Source: a virus. Taken from it: a stretch of DNA of 64,000 nt. This document shows, one piece after another, positions 55,444 to 63,874 of this stretch. A program made the position numbers and the translations under genes. Under the pieces are notes generated by a model. It saw only the letters and a list, made by a program, of their open reading frames with translations, did not search any database and was not told the origin of the DNA. Numbering within the stretch: the stretch's first letter is position 1; every line of letters begins with the position of its first letter. The stretch lies in IMG/VR virus record IMGVR_UViG_3300046808_001035; one strand, given 5' to 3'.

Positions 55444-55710
55444 TTATTTTGTCTTCCTAAGCTCGTTTACACGCTCTTCATGTGTCTTTTTTGATATAAC
55501 AGGTTCAAAGTCGTCATCTTCCGAATAATTGTAGCCTGCAAGCTTGCACGCCTTTTCAATATCTACCTGGCAGAGGCAATTTTCAGGTATCAGTTGGTTA
55601 TAAGCGTTATCTACAGGCAGTTCATTTACAGGTATGTTGAGCATATCTGCGAACTCGTATGGAGTGCCTGCATAGTCTCCAGTATCTTTGTTGAATACTT
55701 GAATACACAT
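55444..55710 (-). CDS. small Cys-containing protein (paralog of 11296..11535)
   Basis: CLCQVDIEKACKLAGY. Confidence 0.65.
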   Translation of the reverse strand: MCIQVFNKDTGDYAGTPYEFADMLNIPVNELPVDNAYNQLIPENCLCQVDIEKACKLAGYNYSEDDDFEPVISKKTHEERVNELRKTK

Positions 55711-55718
55711 ACTATGCG

Positions 55719-55943
55719 CTACTCACAGGTTTTATCTTCATCGCTATGTTCTCGATAGTACTCTTCTTCCCAATCCAGGGATTCGTCATGGGCACTACAG
55801 AGTTTAACTCTATTTTTATGGTCTCTGTTGTTTTTACAATGGGGACAGCCTCCATTAGGACGGCAGGTACGATCAAATTGACCAGCCCCATAATAGGGCT
55901 TACGATGTTCTTTTCCATGGTTAATTGCTTTGTCTAGACTCAT
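55719..55943 (-). CDS. conserved small phage protein
   Basis: MSLDKAI.HGKEHRKPY...D.TCR..G.CP.C..NR. Confidence 0.6.
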   Translation of the reverse strand: MSLDKAINHGKEHRKPYYGAGQFDRTCRPNGGCPHCKNNRDHKNRVKLCSAHDESLDWEEEYYREHSDEDKTCE

Positions 55944-57024
55944 AGACTGTCGCTTTGAATTGATCTAGGATTGTTTTGGTTTCGGGTGACGTTAAGAGAC
56001 TGTACGCCAGAGCATACACAGTGTCTCCATACTCAATACCGTGAGTGAGGTCCTTCAATACTCCACTAATACGATCAGCTGTCTTTAGCTCAGAGCGGAT
56101 ATTCACCATCTCTTCCGCGCCTTCGTCAGTTTTCTTCACTTTGCTTGTACGAACAAAACCTATGTCGTATAAGAAATTGAGTTTGTTACCTACATCTACA
56201 CCGTCATGTAGTTTTACAACAAATACAGGCCGAGCTGGCCCTAGTTTGTATGCTGCATACCTTGCAGACTGGGTTAATTCTTCAAGGTTGTCAGGGAACA
56301 CATCAACAACAACATACTGCCTTGGTAGGTCGTATGGAATAGTTTTTAGCTTTTCACCATCAAAGTAGTATAATCCTTCTTTTTCTGTCTCGTTGGTTGC
56401 AGTAACCCCAAGACTGCCACAATAACCCATAAACAACTCTTTCTCACAATCTGGGCTATGAAATCTAGCCTGGCGTCTGATGTGAATATCTCCAAGAAAG
56501 ATTCCACGAAGGCTGGCACACTGATTAGAGAAATCTAGGTCTTTTAAACTTACTGTTTTTTTCTCTTCACAGAAGGGCCAAAGCTCAGGAATCTGCTGGT
56601 GCATAAATAAACACAAAACAGAGTCTTTTGGTTTTTTGTTCAATTCGTGGTTAATTAGCGTGATTATATCGCTAGGGTTGTCGCTATAATCTACACCCAC
56701 AAACTCAGGAACATCATTGATCGGTTTGAACCCACAAACTGTTTCCCATGTAGAACCGTTGATGGGTTTGCTGTGATCTCCAGCCAAGGCCACAGGGATT
56801 GTTACTCCTTCTAAGCGTTTAAGTTGCTTAGTTACAAAGTTGATTGTATCACTACTAGGTTTATTGTGATCGAACAAGTCACCCACGCTAACAAGGTAGT
56901 CAACTTTAAGTTCTAGAGCTTTATCAATAACCATCTCAAACAAGTCCCTGAGGTCTTGCTCAAGCTCAGGGATATTGAACAATTTCTTTTCGAGATGCTG
57001 GTCACTAAATGCTATGAATGTCAT
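55921..57024 (-). CDS. SbcD/Mre11-like nuclease
   Basis: FSDQH, VGDLFD, AGDH, MHQ, GDIH and YCGS motifs; partner of SbcC. Confidence 0.85.
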   Translation of the reverse strand: MTFIAFSDQHLEKKLFNIPELEQDLRDLFEMVIDKALELKVDYLVSVGDLFDHNKPSSDTINFVTKQLKRLEGVTIPVALAGDHSKPINGSTWETVCGFKPINDVPEFVGVDYSDNPSDIITLINHELNKKPKDSVLCLFMHQQIPELWPFCEEKKTVSLKDLDFSNQCASLRGIFLGDIHIRRQARFHSPDCEKELFMGYCGSLGVTATNETEKEGLYYFDGEKLKTIPYDLPRQYVVVDVFPDNLEELTQSARYAAYKLGPARPVFVVKLHDGVDVGNKLNFLYDIGFVRTSKVKKTDEGAEEMVNIRSELKTADRISGVLKDLTHGIEYGDTVYALAYSLLTSPETKTILDQFKATVYESRQSN

Positions 57025-57040
57025 ATTTAATTAGGTTTAG

Positions 57041-57358
57041 TTATTTACAAATTTCAGGAATCTCAGGACATACCATAAGATTCCACCACTCAGAACCATC
57101 ATACTCTGCGCGAGACAGCCAAGTACCATCGTTAAACCATACATTACCGAATAGCTCTTGCGTGCCGTATCCGTGGGAGTAAGTAAAATCTAGAGCGGCT
57201 AGAAACCGCTCAAAGTCTTCAGTAGAATACCCTTCCTTCAAAACAACTTCGTGCGCTTTTTCATCATCTGAATCAAATTTATAGATATAGGCGCACTTGA
57301 CACTGTCTAGTTTTTTATCGAGCTTTAATGTCTCGAGTAATTCTTCTTTTGCGTTCAT
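57041..57358 (-). CDS. conserved phage hypothetical protein
   Basis: Y..GYG.QELFG.VWF.DGTWL.R.EYDGSEWW. Confidence 0.65.
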   Translation of the reverse strand: MNAKEELLETLKLDKKLDSVKCAYIYKFDSDDEKAHEVVLKEGYSTEDFERFLAALDFTYSHGYGTQELFGNVWFNDGTWLSRAEYDGSEWWNLMVCPEIPEICK

Positions 57359-57906
57359 AGTTCAAACGAGGTGATAATTCCTTTTTCGCTTTGTTGCTTT
57401 TTCCAGTCTAGTACCGGAGTCATGATATTTTTACCTAGTCTAGCGCTAGCTAGTCTAAGAATACGTAGGTTAGGCCACGCACCAGGATTTACTCTAACTA
57501 TCTCAGACAAGGCCTCCTCGACTGTTTTACCCTGCATCACCCAAGCAATAATTCCTACAGCAGAGCTGCGGCTTATCCCAGCGAAGCAGTTAATACCAAG
57601 ATGATAAGGTGCGCTATCCCTGACATAATTATCCAAAAAACTAATGATGTTGTTAATATGCCTTTCTTGAGGACCCTCAAGAACCATTCTTTCTTGGATA
57701 TACGCCTCAGCGTCTTCATCGCTCCAATCTCTAAAGAATTGATAGTGGTGCTTTACTTTATGCTTTGCAAATCTTGTGTTTATTTTTTTAACTGCAGTTT
57801 CATCTTCTGGGTCTATTACGGTAATCCATAGATTTTGCTTTAGGTCTTTCTGATAAGGTTTATGCTTGGCTTCAGCAAAACTTGTAATAATAATTGATTC
57901 AATCAT
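57355..57906 (-). CDS. cysteine-based (PTP/dual-specificity-like) phosphatase
   Basis: INCFAGISRSSA = CX5R P-loop; A.PN downstream. Confidence 0.8.
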   Translation of the reverse strand: MIESIIITSFAEAKHKPYQKDLKQNLWITVIDPEDETAVKKINTRFAKHKVKHHYQFFRDWSDEDAEAYIQERMVLEGPQERHINNIISFLDNYVRDSAPYHLGINCFAGISRSSAVGIIAWVMQGKTVEEALSEIVRVNPGAWPNLRILRLASARLGKNIMTPVLDWKKQQSEKGIITSFEL

Positions 57907-58280
57907 ATTTGTAACTTTCTATGCTCTATTTGCTCTGGGGCTTCTTTCTCTCGTTCTCGAGATGAAAAGCTGGGTAGCGTTATGTTTTTTCCGTCAGCTA
58001 CAGGTGTATACCCTTCGAGTAGCCTGTAGATAACTTCTTGTTCAAAAGCCTGCTCAGCCTGTAATCGTTCATCAAAGCTGCGCGAGTACTGAGCTACAGC
58101 TTCACTATTCAAGTAGTGAGTAACAATTAGCCTATAATTAAAAGGCGACTTGCTAGACTCAAATACAAAAAAAGTTATAACTGCCTCAACGTGCGCTCCG
58201 CTCAAGTCTACGCCTCCTGTGCTTAAGATTTCCGCTCTTAGTGCAGTAGCCAGATCTTGCTCTATTGTTGAGATACGCAT
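57903..58280 (-). CDS. degenerate WGR-like domain protein
   Basis: F....QAEQAFEQ.V..RL.EGY helix typical of the WGR C-terminus; WGR triad absent. Confidence 0.35.
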   Translation of the reverse strand: MRISTIEQDLATALRAEILSTGGVDLSGAHVEAVITFFVFESSKSPFNYRLIVTHYLNSEAVAQYSRSFDERLQAEQAFEQEVIYRLLEGYTPVADGKNITLPSFSSREREKEAPEQIEHRKLQI

Positions 58281-58322
58281 AAAATAAGCCCTCTACAAGA
58301 GGTTGTATTCTTGTAGAGGGCT
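58281..58322 (-). terminator. Rho-independent terminator closing the AAA/DUF cluster
   Basis: 14-bp stem AGCCCTCTACAAGA/TCTTGTAGAGGGCT followed by TATTTT. Confidence 0.75.
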
Positions 58323-58333
58323 GTAATGTTGTT

Positions 58334-58588
58334 CTAAACGAGGAAGGACTCTTCTATCTTATTGTTTAGATATTGTCTCTCGGCTTCAATCACTGAACCG
58401 CGAACAGGATCTTTAGCGATTATTTTTCCTTGTAGGTCTGTAGCCACCCATAGTTGCTCGGCATGATCAAACTCAATGTTAGATACTCGTTCAACATGCT
58501 TAGGACCTAGCGAGCTCAAACGGTCGATGTTATCGTCAGCTAGTCCTAGTAAGTTGCCTTCTTTGTCGATATAGATGACAGAGCGCAT
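58334..58588 (-). CDS. small conserved protein of the Ycf46/DUF2997 cluster
   Basis: I...G...LG...VERVS.IEF....W.A...R...IEAE..YL. Confidence 0.6.
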   Translation of the reverse strand: MRSVIYIDKEGNLLGLADDNIDRLSSLGPKHVERVSNIEFDHAEQLWVATDLQGKIIAKDPVRGSVIEAERQYLNNKIEESFLV

Positions 58589-58788
58589 CAGTGATTTAAT
58601 TTTTCTTGAGCTGAGATACCGATAGGCTCTTCGTATTCTTCGGTAAGCTCTCTAGACGACTCGTCAGCTTTACCTAATCTAGACTCAATAAATTTAGTAG
58701 CGTCAAGGCATGAAGAGCCATAACCTTCAACCTTAGAGATTGTGACGTTACCTTCTGGATTGATATTGAATACTATTTGTTTAGACAT
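58588..58788 (-). CDS. DUF2997 family protein
   Basis: KQI.F.I.PEG.V....EGY.G.SCL.AT..IE..LG....RELT.EY. Confidence 0.75.
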   Translation of the reverse strand: MSKQIVFNINPEGNVTISKVEGYGSSCLDATKFIESRLGKADESSRELTEEYEEPIGISAQEKLNH

Positions 58789-59062
58789 ATTGAACAGAAT
58801 CTTTAACCACACGCCCAAGCTTATCAAAGGCTACGCTGATGTGTACTGTGTGTTTTTTCTCGGTAGGGCAGCGAACAACGTATGTGGCTGTAGCGAACGC
58901 TCGGTTTTCAGCTTCTTCATCGAACTGAATATGATGATAGGGTACATGTAGATCGAAGTCTACTGGACGTTCTCCAGCTGGGGCTAGAGACTCGTTATAG
59001 AGATACTCTTTCAGGGACCTGGCGAATTTTGGTTTTAGTGCTTCAAATTTTTCAATGTTCAT
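58781..59062 (-). CDS. hypothetical protein
   Basis: ORF inside the cluster. Confidence 0.5.
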   Translation of the reverse strand: MNIEKFEALKPKFARSLKEYLYNESLAPAGERPVDFDLHVPYHHIQFDEEAENRAFATATYVVRCPTEKKHTVHISVAFDKLGRVVKDSVQYV

Positions 59063-59064
59063 AT

Positions 59065-59454
59065 TTATTTTCCTGCGGTTACTACCATTTCTCCATTTTG
59101 CAAGGTTTCAACTTTATACTCCATATCTTCTTCACGGAAAAACTTCTTGAGCTCAGACAAAGCATAGCCTTGCTTGATGTTCTTGAGGTTATCTCCAAGC
59201 TGCTGCTGGATGCTATGATCGAAAAAGTCACACACAAAATATGCGCAACCTTCTGAGTCTACATCTATACCAATATCATACCCAGTACTCTTTGGGTTCT
59301 TAGCTACATACTTATGCACCTCTTCTCTTCTAGGGTCTGAGGGATATGTGCGGCATTTAGCGTCGTTGACTATTACCCACCCTGCTTGCTCGAATTGAGC
59401 AAGCAGGTTTTTGATGTTCTTGAACTGTGTTTTGATGTTTACGCTGTGGCTCAT
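59065..59454 (-). CDS. DUF1257 (Ycf35-like) protein
   Basis: MSH...IKT......L......G...YDIG......Y.FV.D.......IKQ.YA. Confidence 0.75.
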   Translation of the reverse strand: MSHSVNIKTQFKNIKNLLAQFEQAGWVIVNDAKCRTYPSDPRREEVHKYVAKNPKSTGYDIGIDVDSEGCAYFVCDFFDHSIQQQLGDNLKNIKQGYALSELKKFFREEDMEYKVETLQNGEMVVTAGK

Positions 59455-59756
59455 AGTATTTTAATGTTGTCGTAACTGTTAGCTTGCTGAAGTTGTAGTT
59501 GAACTACGTCTTTAATGTCGAAAGTTTCTTGCACTACTTTAACGAAACTTTCAAATGTCATGGTTATCGGATCTTTGGTTTCTGTAGTTATTATGATGTG
59601 TCGCTCAATAGTGTCAATTTTTGATATCTCACCATTAGCTACCTCACAATACGGAAGCACGATCATCTCATCGTCTCCACGAAACTTCACAGACAACATA
59701 TCGTGTCTCGGAACTTCGTCGAGCATTCCAGAGTCGTCGGGTTTAAAATCACTCAT
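59451..59756 (-). CDS. hypothetical protein
   Basis: ORF inside the cluster. Confidence 0.5.
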   Translation of the reverse strand: MSDFKPDDSGMLDEVPRHDMLSVKFRGDDEMIVLPYCEVANGEISKIDTIERHIIITTETKDPITMTFESFVKVVQETFDIKDVVQLQLQQANSYDNIKIL

Positions 59757-59758
59757 AT

Positions 59759-60763
59759 TTACACGCTTAGCTTGCGGAAATACTCGCCACTTACGTTAGC
59801 TACATCTGTAAGAGATTCAGCTTCTTTAACAATCGTTGTGAGATGCTGCTGAAGCTGGCTAAGAGCTTCTTTATCTGTGCCGAAGTCGCGATCTCCTGTA
59901 AGCAGCTTTTCTACTTTCTGAAGTTCATTTTCAATAGCTCTGTCATCAACAAAGTTCATCTGCCTGAACTCATGAATATGCTTCATGAGTGTGCGAATGT
60001 TAGCATCGCTGACGACTTCCTTCTTACTAATCTTTTTAAGTGTTACACTACAATGCTCAGCAATAGTAGTGCGCAATGTAGACGTAACCTGACCCACAAA
60101 GTCATTGATCTTACTCATGTGAGTTTCAAGCTGTCGGTTATACTCTTGTTTGTATTGCGAAGTAGCTTCTTCTTTTGCTAGAGTTACTACAGCTTCACGA
60201 TCAATCTCGGTCTGGAGATCTACCTCAGCGAAAGCTGCAGGCAAAGCAATCTCGAAACTTACAATATCAAGATAGAACTTCTGTCTGATTGTAGCGAGAG
60301 GAGGATAGTAGTTTGCAAGATCCTCAACATTCACAGTATCCTTGTGCTCCTGGTAATATTCGATAACCTCACGCTTGTAGTCTTCATACTTCTCGACGAA
60401 CTCGTCAACCATAAGCATATACTCATCACGCAGCTCGTTTAGCTTACGATAGACCTCAGCGTATTTTGTCTTCGGTACGAAGTGTGCCTGACTAACAAGA
60501 GGAAAGTCAAAAGAGTTCGTATAAAGGTACTTACGAATCTTTTGCTCGTGATTCTTGAACTTGTTATACACGGCAGGTTTGATGAGCATCTTTTTGCCAA
60601 GCTTGATTGTTTCAGGAAGCTTGTTGTCGAGCTTGATGTCTTCTTCTGTGAGGTTGTAGCTCATACCCCACATACCAATATGAATATTGACCAGGCGGCC
60701 ATCCTGAAAAACCTTGTCGTAGTACTTTTGAAGTGTGTCGGTGATTTTGTAGTTGTTGTCCAT
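59759..60763 (-). CDS. DUF3150-like protein
   Basis: W....L...D...LG.K.L...R.YL...S.DFP...FVP...F...Y...YP...IR.KF. Confidence 0.6.
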   Translation of the reverse strand: MDNNYKITDTLQKYYDKVFQDGRLVNIHIGMWGMSYNLTEEDIKLDNKLPETIKLGKKMLIKPAVYNKFKNHEQKIRKYLYTNSFDFPLVSQAHFVPKTKYAEVYRKLNELRDEYMLMVDEFVEKYEDYKREVIEYYQEHKDTVNVEDLANYYPPLATIRQKFYLDIVSFEIALPAAFAEVDLQTEIDREAVVTLAKEEATSQYKQEYNRQLETHMSKINDFVGQVTSTLRTTIAEHCSVTLKKISKKEVVSDANIRTLMKHIHEFRQMNFVDDRAIENELQKVEKLLTGDRDFGTDKEALSQLQQHLTTIVKEAESLTDVANVSGEYFRKLSV

Positions 60764-60795
60764 AATTAGTATTTTGCGTTTTTTGTTGTTTAGCT

Positions 60796-61362
60796 CTAGT
60801 CGTTACCAATAGCAATGCTGAGTTTGCGCATGTTTTTCTGCACATCTGCGATAGGGTCACCTTGGGTAGTAATCATCACCAATTTACCTTGCGCTTGCTT
60901 GCGCATGGTTTTCAGGTCTTCTTCATGGCTAACAGAGAAAGGAATGAACTCTGCAAGCACATCAGTAAGATAGCTATCTTTAACTTCTTGTCCTGCTGAA
61001 AAAGCTTTATACATAGCGTCTTTAAACACTTCCTCAATTTCTGCACCTGTAAAACCTTCTGAGCCGTTAACTAGCGATTTAAGGCTGAAGTTCTGAGGAT
61101 CTCTACCATATTTCTTAATCACTACAGTAAAGATCTCTTTGCGCTCTTCTGCAGTAGGAAGGTCTAGCCAAAACAGCTGGTCGAACCTGCCCTTGCGGAT
61201 AAGTGCTGAAGGCAGCTTTGTATGATCGTTTGTAGTGGCTACAATGAACGCAGGATTATTCCTATCGTTGAGCCATGTAAGAAACGTACCAAAGATACGA
61301 CTACTCACGCCACTGTCGCCAGAACCACTTACAGCGCTGTTACTCAGCGACTTCTCAATTTC
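60796..61362 (-). CDS. Ycf46-like AAA+ ATPase, exon 2
   Basis: EIEK (second half of Walker B), GDSGVSSR.FGTFLTW, ATTN, LP..LIRKGRFD (SRH), FTGAEIE. Confidence 0.9.
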   Translation of the reverse strand, partial: EIEKSLSNSAVSGSGDSGVSSRIFGTFLTWLNDRNNPAFIVATTNDHTKLPSALIRKGRFDQLFWLDLPTAEERKEIFTVVIKKYGRDPQNFSLKSLVNGSEGFTGAEIEEVFKDAMYKAFSAGQEVKDSYLTDVLAEFIPFSVSHEEDLKTMRKQAQGKLVMITTQGDPIADVQKNMRKLSIAIGND

Positions 61363-62202
61363 CAATAATGTTACGAATATACCGCTTCCGTATATTCTCT
61401 ATATGTCTCCATATAGTTCAGATCATATCTTAGTCTCTCTTTTTATTTTTGCCATACATCTAGCACAGCGCCCTTTCGAGTTATGCTTACTATCTGTTCT
61501 GTGACAGAGCACACACTGCTTGTAAGACTTAGCCCAACCATCACGTCCAGGTTTAAACCTAGATGAGATTAATTGCTCTCTATGCTCGGCTGCGTGACAA
61601 GCTCTACACAGAGTTATTAGATTAGTCATGGTGTTGTTGGGGGTTTTACTGTTTCGACCATTACCATCTATATGATGAATAATATTACCTGGGCGAAAAC
61701 ATGTCTGACATGTATGGTTATCCCGCTGTAATACGGCTTGTCTATTACCGTCAAAATATAGACGTTCCCGAGTTTCTTTGGCTTTAGGCTTCTGTTTAGT
61801 TAAATAGTGTTCTTGCTTCTGGGCAAGCACTTTAGCTCTATTCACAGGGTCATTGTGATGCTGTTTTAAATAACAATATACACATAAGCCTTTCGCCATA
61901 TGTCTACGCTCGGTGGTATTACAAACTGTGCACTTATCTGCTTTTTTGCTCCAAGGTTTCATAGTTATAATTTACCTAGAGTTGAAAAGCTTTTTAAGAG
62001 AAACTTTCAGTTTTTCGAGGTCGCTGACCCCTACGTCTTTCGACTGATCGTTGAACCTTCCTCCACTAGGGAGACTCGGCTGCTGATTGTCCAATCATAC
62101 ATGTTTTCAGACATTCACACTTACAATTACTTGTTATGTTGTAGTCATGTATGCTCTAAGGAGATCCCAGCAATTAACTGAATTTTAGATCGACCAAATT
62201 TA
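61363..62202 (-). mobile_element. group I self-splicing intron (IA2-like), 840 nt, carrying an HNH ORF
   Basis: P1 GAUCGAU/GUCGAUC with U.G splice pair; P AAUUGCUGGGA; Q AAUCAGCAG; P7 GAUCA/UGAUC; P3 UUCAGUU/AACUGAA; two hairpins between P7 and P3'; P9 CUAUAUG-GAGA-CAUAUAG; terminal G. Confidence 0.92.
61423..61962 (-). CDS. intron-encoded HNH homing endonuclease
   Basis: RD..TCQ.C...IHHIDGN...NN...NLITLC..CH...H; stop codon lies in the intron S element. Confidence 0.88.
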   Translation of the reverse strand: MKPWSKKADKCTVCNTTERRHMAKGLCVYCYLKQHHNDPVNRAKVLAQKQEHYLTKQKPKAKETRERLYFDGNRQAVLQRDNHTCQTCFRPGNIIHHIDGNGRNSKTPNNTMTNLITLCRACHAAEHREQLISSRFKPGRDGWAKSYKQCVLCHRTDSKHNSKGRCARCMAKIKRETKI

Positions 62203-63222
62203 ATCGATCAGAATCACACACTTACCTAGACTCTCGATTGTCTTGATAGCTTCGCGCATGTTCTTCTCGCTATTACCTACCAGCGAGTCAAACATACTGC
62301 CAATATCCAAGGCAAACAAGGGACAATCGAATTCTTTGGCGATAGCTTTACAGATTAGGCTTTTGCCTGAGCCTGGGACGCTAGCCAACAACATACCCTT
62401 AGGTAAAGGTAGGTTGTACTCACGAGCATCTTTACTATACGCCTTCTTCCTGCTAGATAACCAAGTCTTGAGTCCCTGCAAACCGCCAACATTATCGAAG
62501 CTGATGTTTGGCTCAAGGTATGTCAACAGCCCGTTCTTTTTTAGCTGTGCAATCTTTTCCTGAAATACAGATTCAACAAACACGCTATCGAACCGCTTCG
62601 CTGTGATATAGGCCATAGCGAAAGCGTTCTCGACTTCGAGATTGGTCATGCCTTTAGCTGCATCTACAGCATTTTCCATGATCGTCTGATCTAGAACAAT
62701 CTGGGGCTTCTCGACAGCCTCGAGCTCTTTGTTGATGCTGTCTTTGATAAAGACCAACCTCTCTTGAATTGATGCTGCATCAGGAAGGTCATAATCGAGC
62801 AGCTGAATCTCTTTCTGTAATTCAGCAGGCACAGCAAATTTATGCCCTGTGAAAATGATCATGTTGCGCCTGCGCTTGAGACTATTCCAAGCGTTTCTCA
62901 GCAACCTAATATTTATCGTCTTGTCAAAATGCAGATGAAAATCTTTAAGTACAAAAATGTTGTCGTTGTATTTATAGTTTTGAATATACTCCAGCAAGAA
63001 TGAGGTTGTGGCTGTCTCGTCAGGATGATGTGTAGGAGTTCCTGCAGGTGCGCTTTTAACAGTTAACCCGTTCTGCAAATCCCACTCATGAATAGCTGTG
63101 TCTGGTGCGGCTTCCCGAATTGTGAGCAGGTCTCTGATAAACCTAGACTCCTCGTGAGTCAATACAAACAAGGCAGAATAGCAGGCGTTATGATAGTTTT
63201 GGATTTTAGAGATAGTGTTCAT
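62203..63222 (-). CDS. Ycf46-like AAA+ ATPase, exon 1
   Basis: T.EE.R, FVLKDFH (degenerate first AAA), VGGL..LK.WL, PKG.LL..VPGSGKSL (Walker A), SLVG.SE; ends CVILID; spliced product 528 aa. Confidence 0.9.
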
Positions 63223-63225
63223 TAG

Positions 63226-63693
63226 TTATGCTTTTAGTTGTTTACGAAGTTCAGGATCTTGTACGTTGAACAGACCTACAATTGCTGAGGCTATTGTGTG
63301 AGTTAGGGTACTGTTTTGCTTTGTTGCTCGATTCTTGTAATATAATAACTCTACTACAGGCATCTTACGCTCGAGCCATTTAGCTGCGGTTAATAATGGG
63401 TGCTCTTCAGTAGAGAGCTCTAGCTCTATGGAGCTAGCAGGTATAGTTATCGGATGTTTAGCTACCACTTCATCAACTTGACCTATTACTGGAGCTATAA
63501 TTTTAGGTTTATTCTTTGAACCTTTCGGGCGACCTCTTCGTTTAGGTAAAGAAAAAGACCCTTCAGGTTGCACTGAAGGGTCTGAGTTTACGGGAACTAA
63601 CGGCTTCGGCTTATTCTTAGCGCCTTTCGGTCTGCCCCGGCCTCTTTTAACTGGTTGTACTGCTGCGTCAGGATTGTTCTCTGGGTTGGTCAT
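63226..63693 (-). CDS. AT-hook DNA-binding protein
   Basis: KRGRGRPKGAKNKPK and KRRGRPKGSKNKPK. Confidence 0.75.
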   Translation of the reverse strand: MTNPENNPDAAVQPVKRGRGRPKGAKNKPKPLVPVNSDPSVQPEGSFSLPKRRGRPKGSKNKPKIIAPVIGQVDEVVAKHPITIPASSIELELSTEEHPLLTAAKWLERKMPVVELLYYKNRATKQNSTLTHTIASAIVGLFNVQDPELRKQLKA

Positions 63694-63845
63694 CTTCTAG
63701 ACCTTTTTTTATTATTTTTCTGTCGTGTGATTTCGCAACGTCAGTATAATACTTATCTTCAAGTTCTATCTTTTCAATACGCTTATACCGGTTGCTACGA
63801 TCGCGGGATTGGTATTTTTTAGTGGTCTTGCTCATAATAGCTATA

Positions 63846-63874
63846 ATTATAGCACGTTTATGGAGCTTTGTAGA
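63846..63874 (-). promoter_or_regulatory. sigma70-type promoter
   Basis: TCTACA-N17-TATAAT with extended TGn, just upstream of an ATG at 63835. Confidence 0.55.

Noticed and set aside
994-62563. Plus-strand ORFs in the supplied track (e.g. 6480..7088, 27504..28055, 50807..51337)
   Set aside because: All are antisense shadows of convincing minus-strand genes, Ser/Leu/Phe-rich and without motifs
60796-63222. AAA ATPase as a pseudogene, two separate genes, or an intein-split gene
   Set aside because: Clear group I intron hallmarks and exact in-frame restoration of Walker B; the in-frame stop excludes an intein
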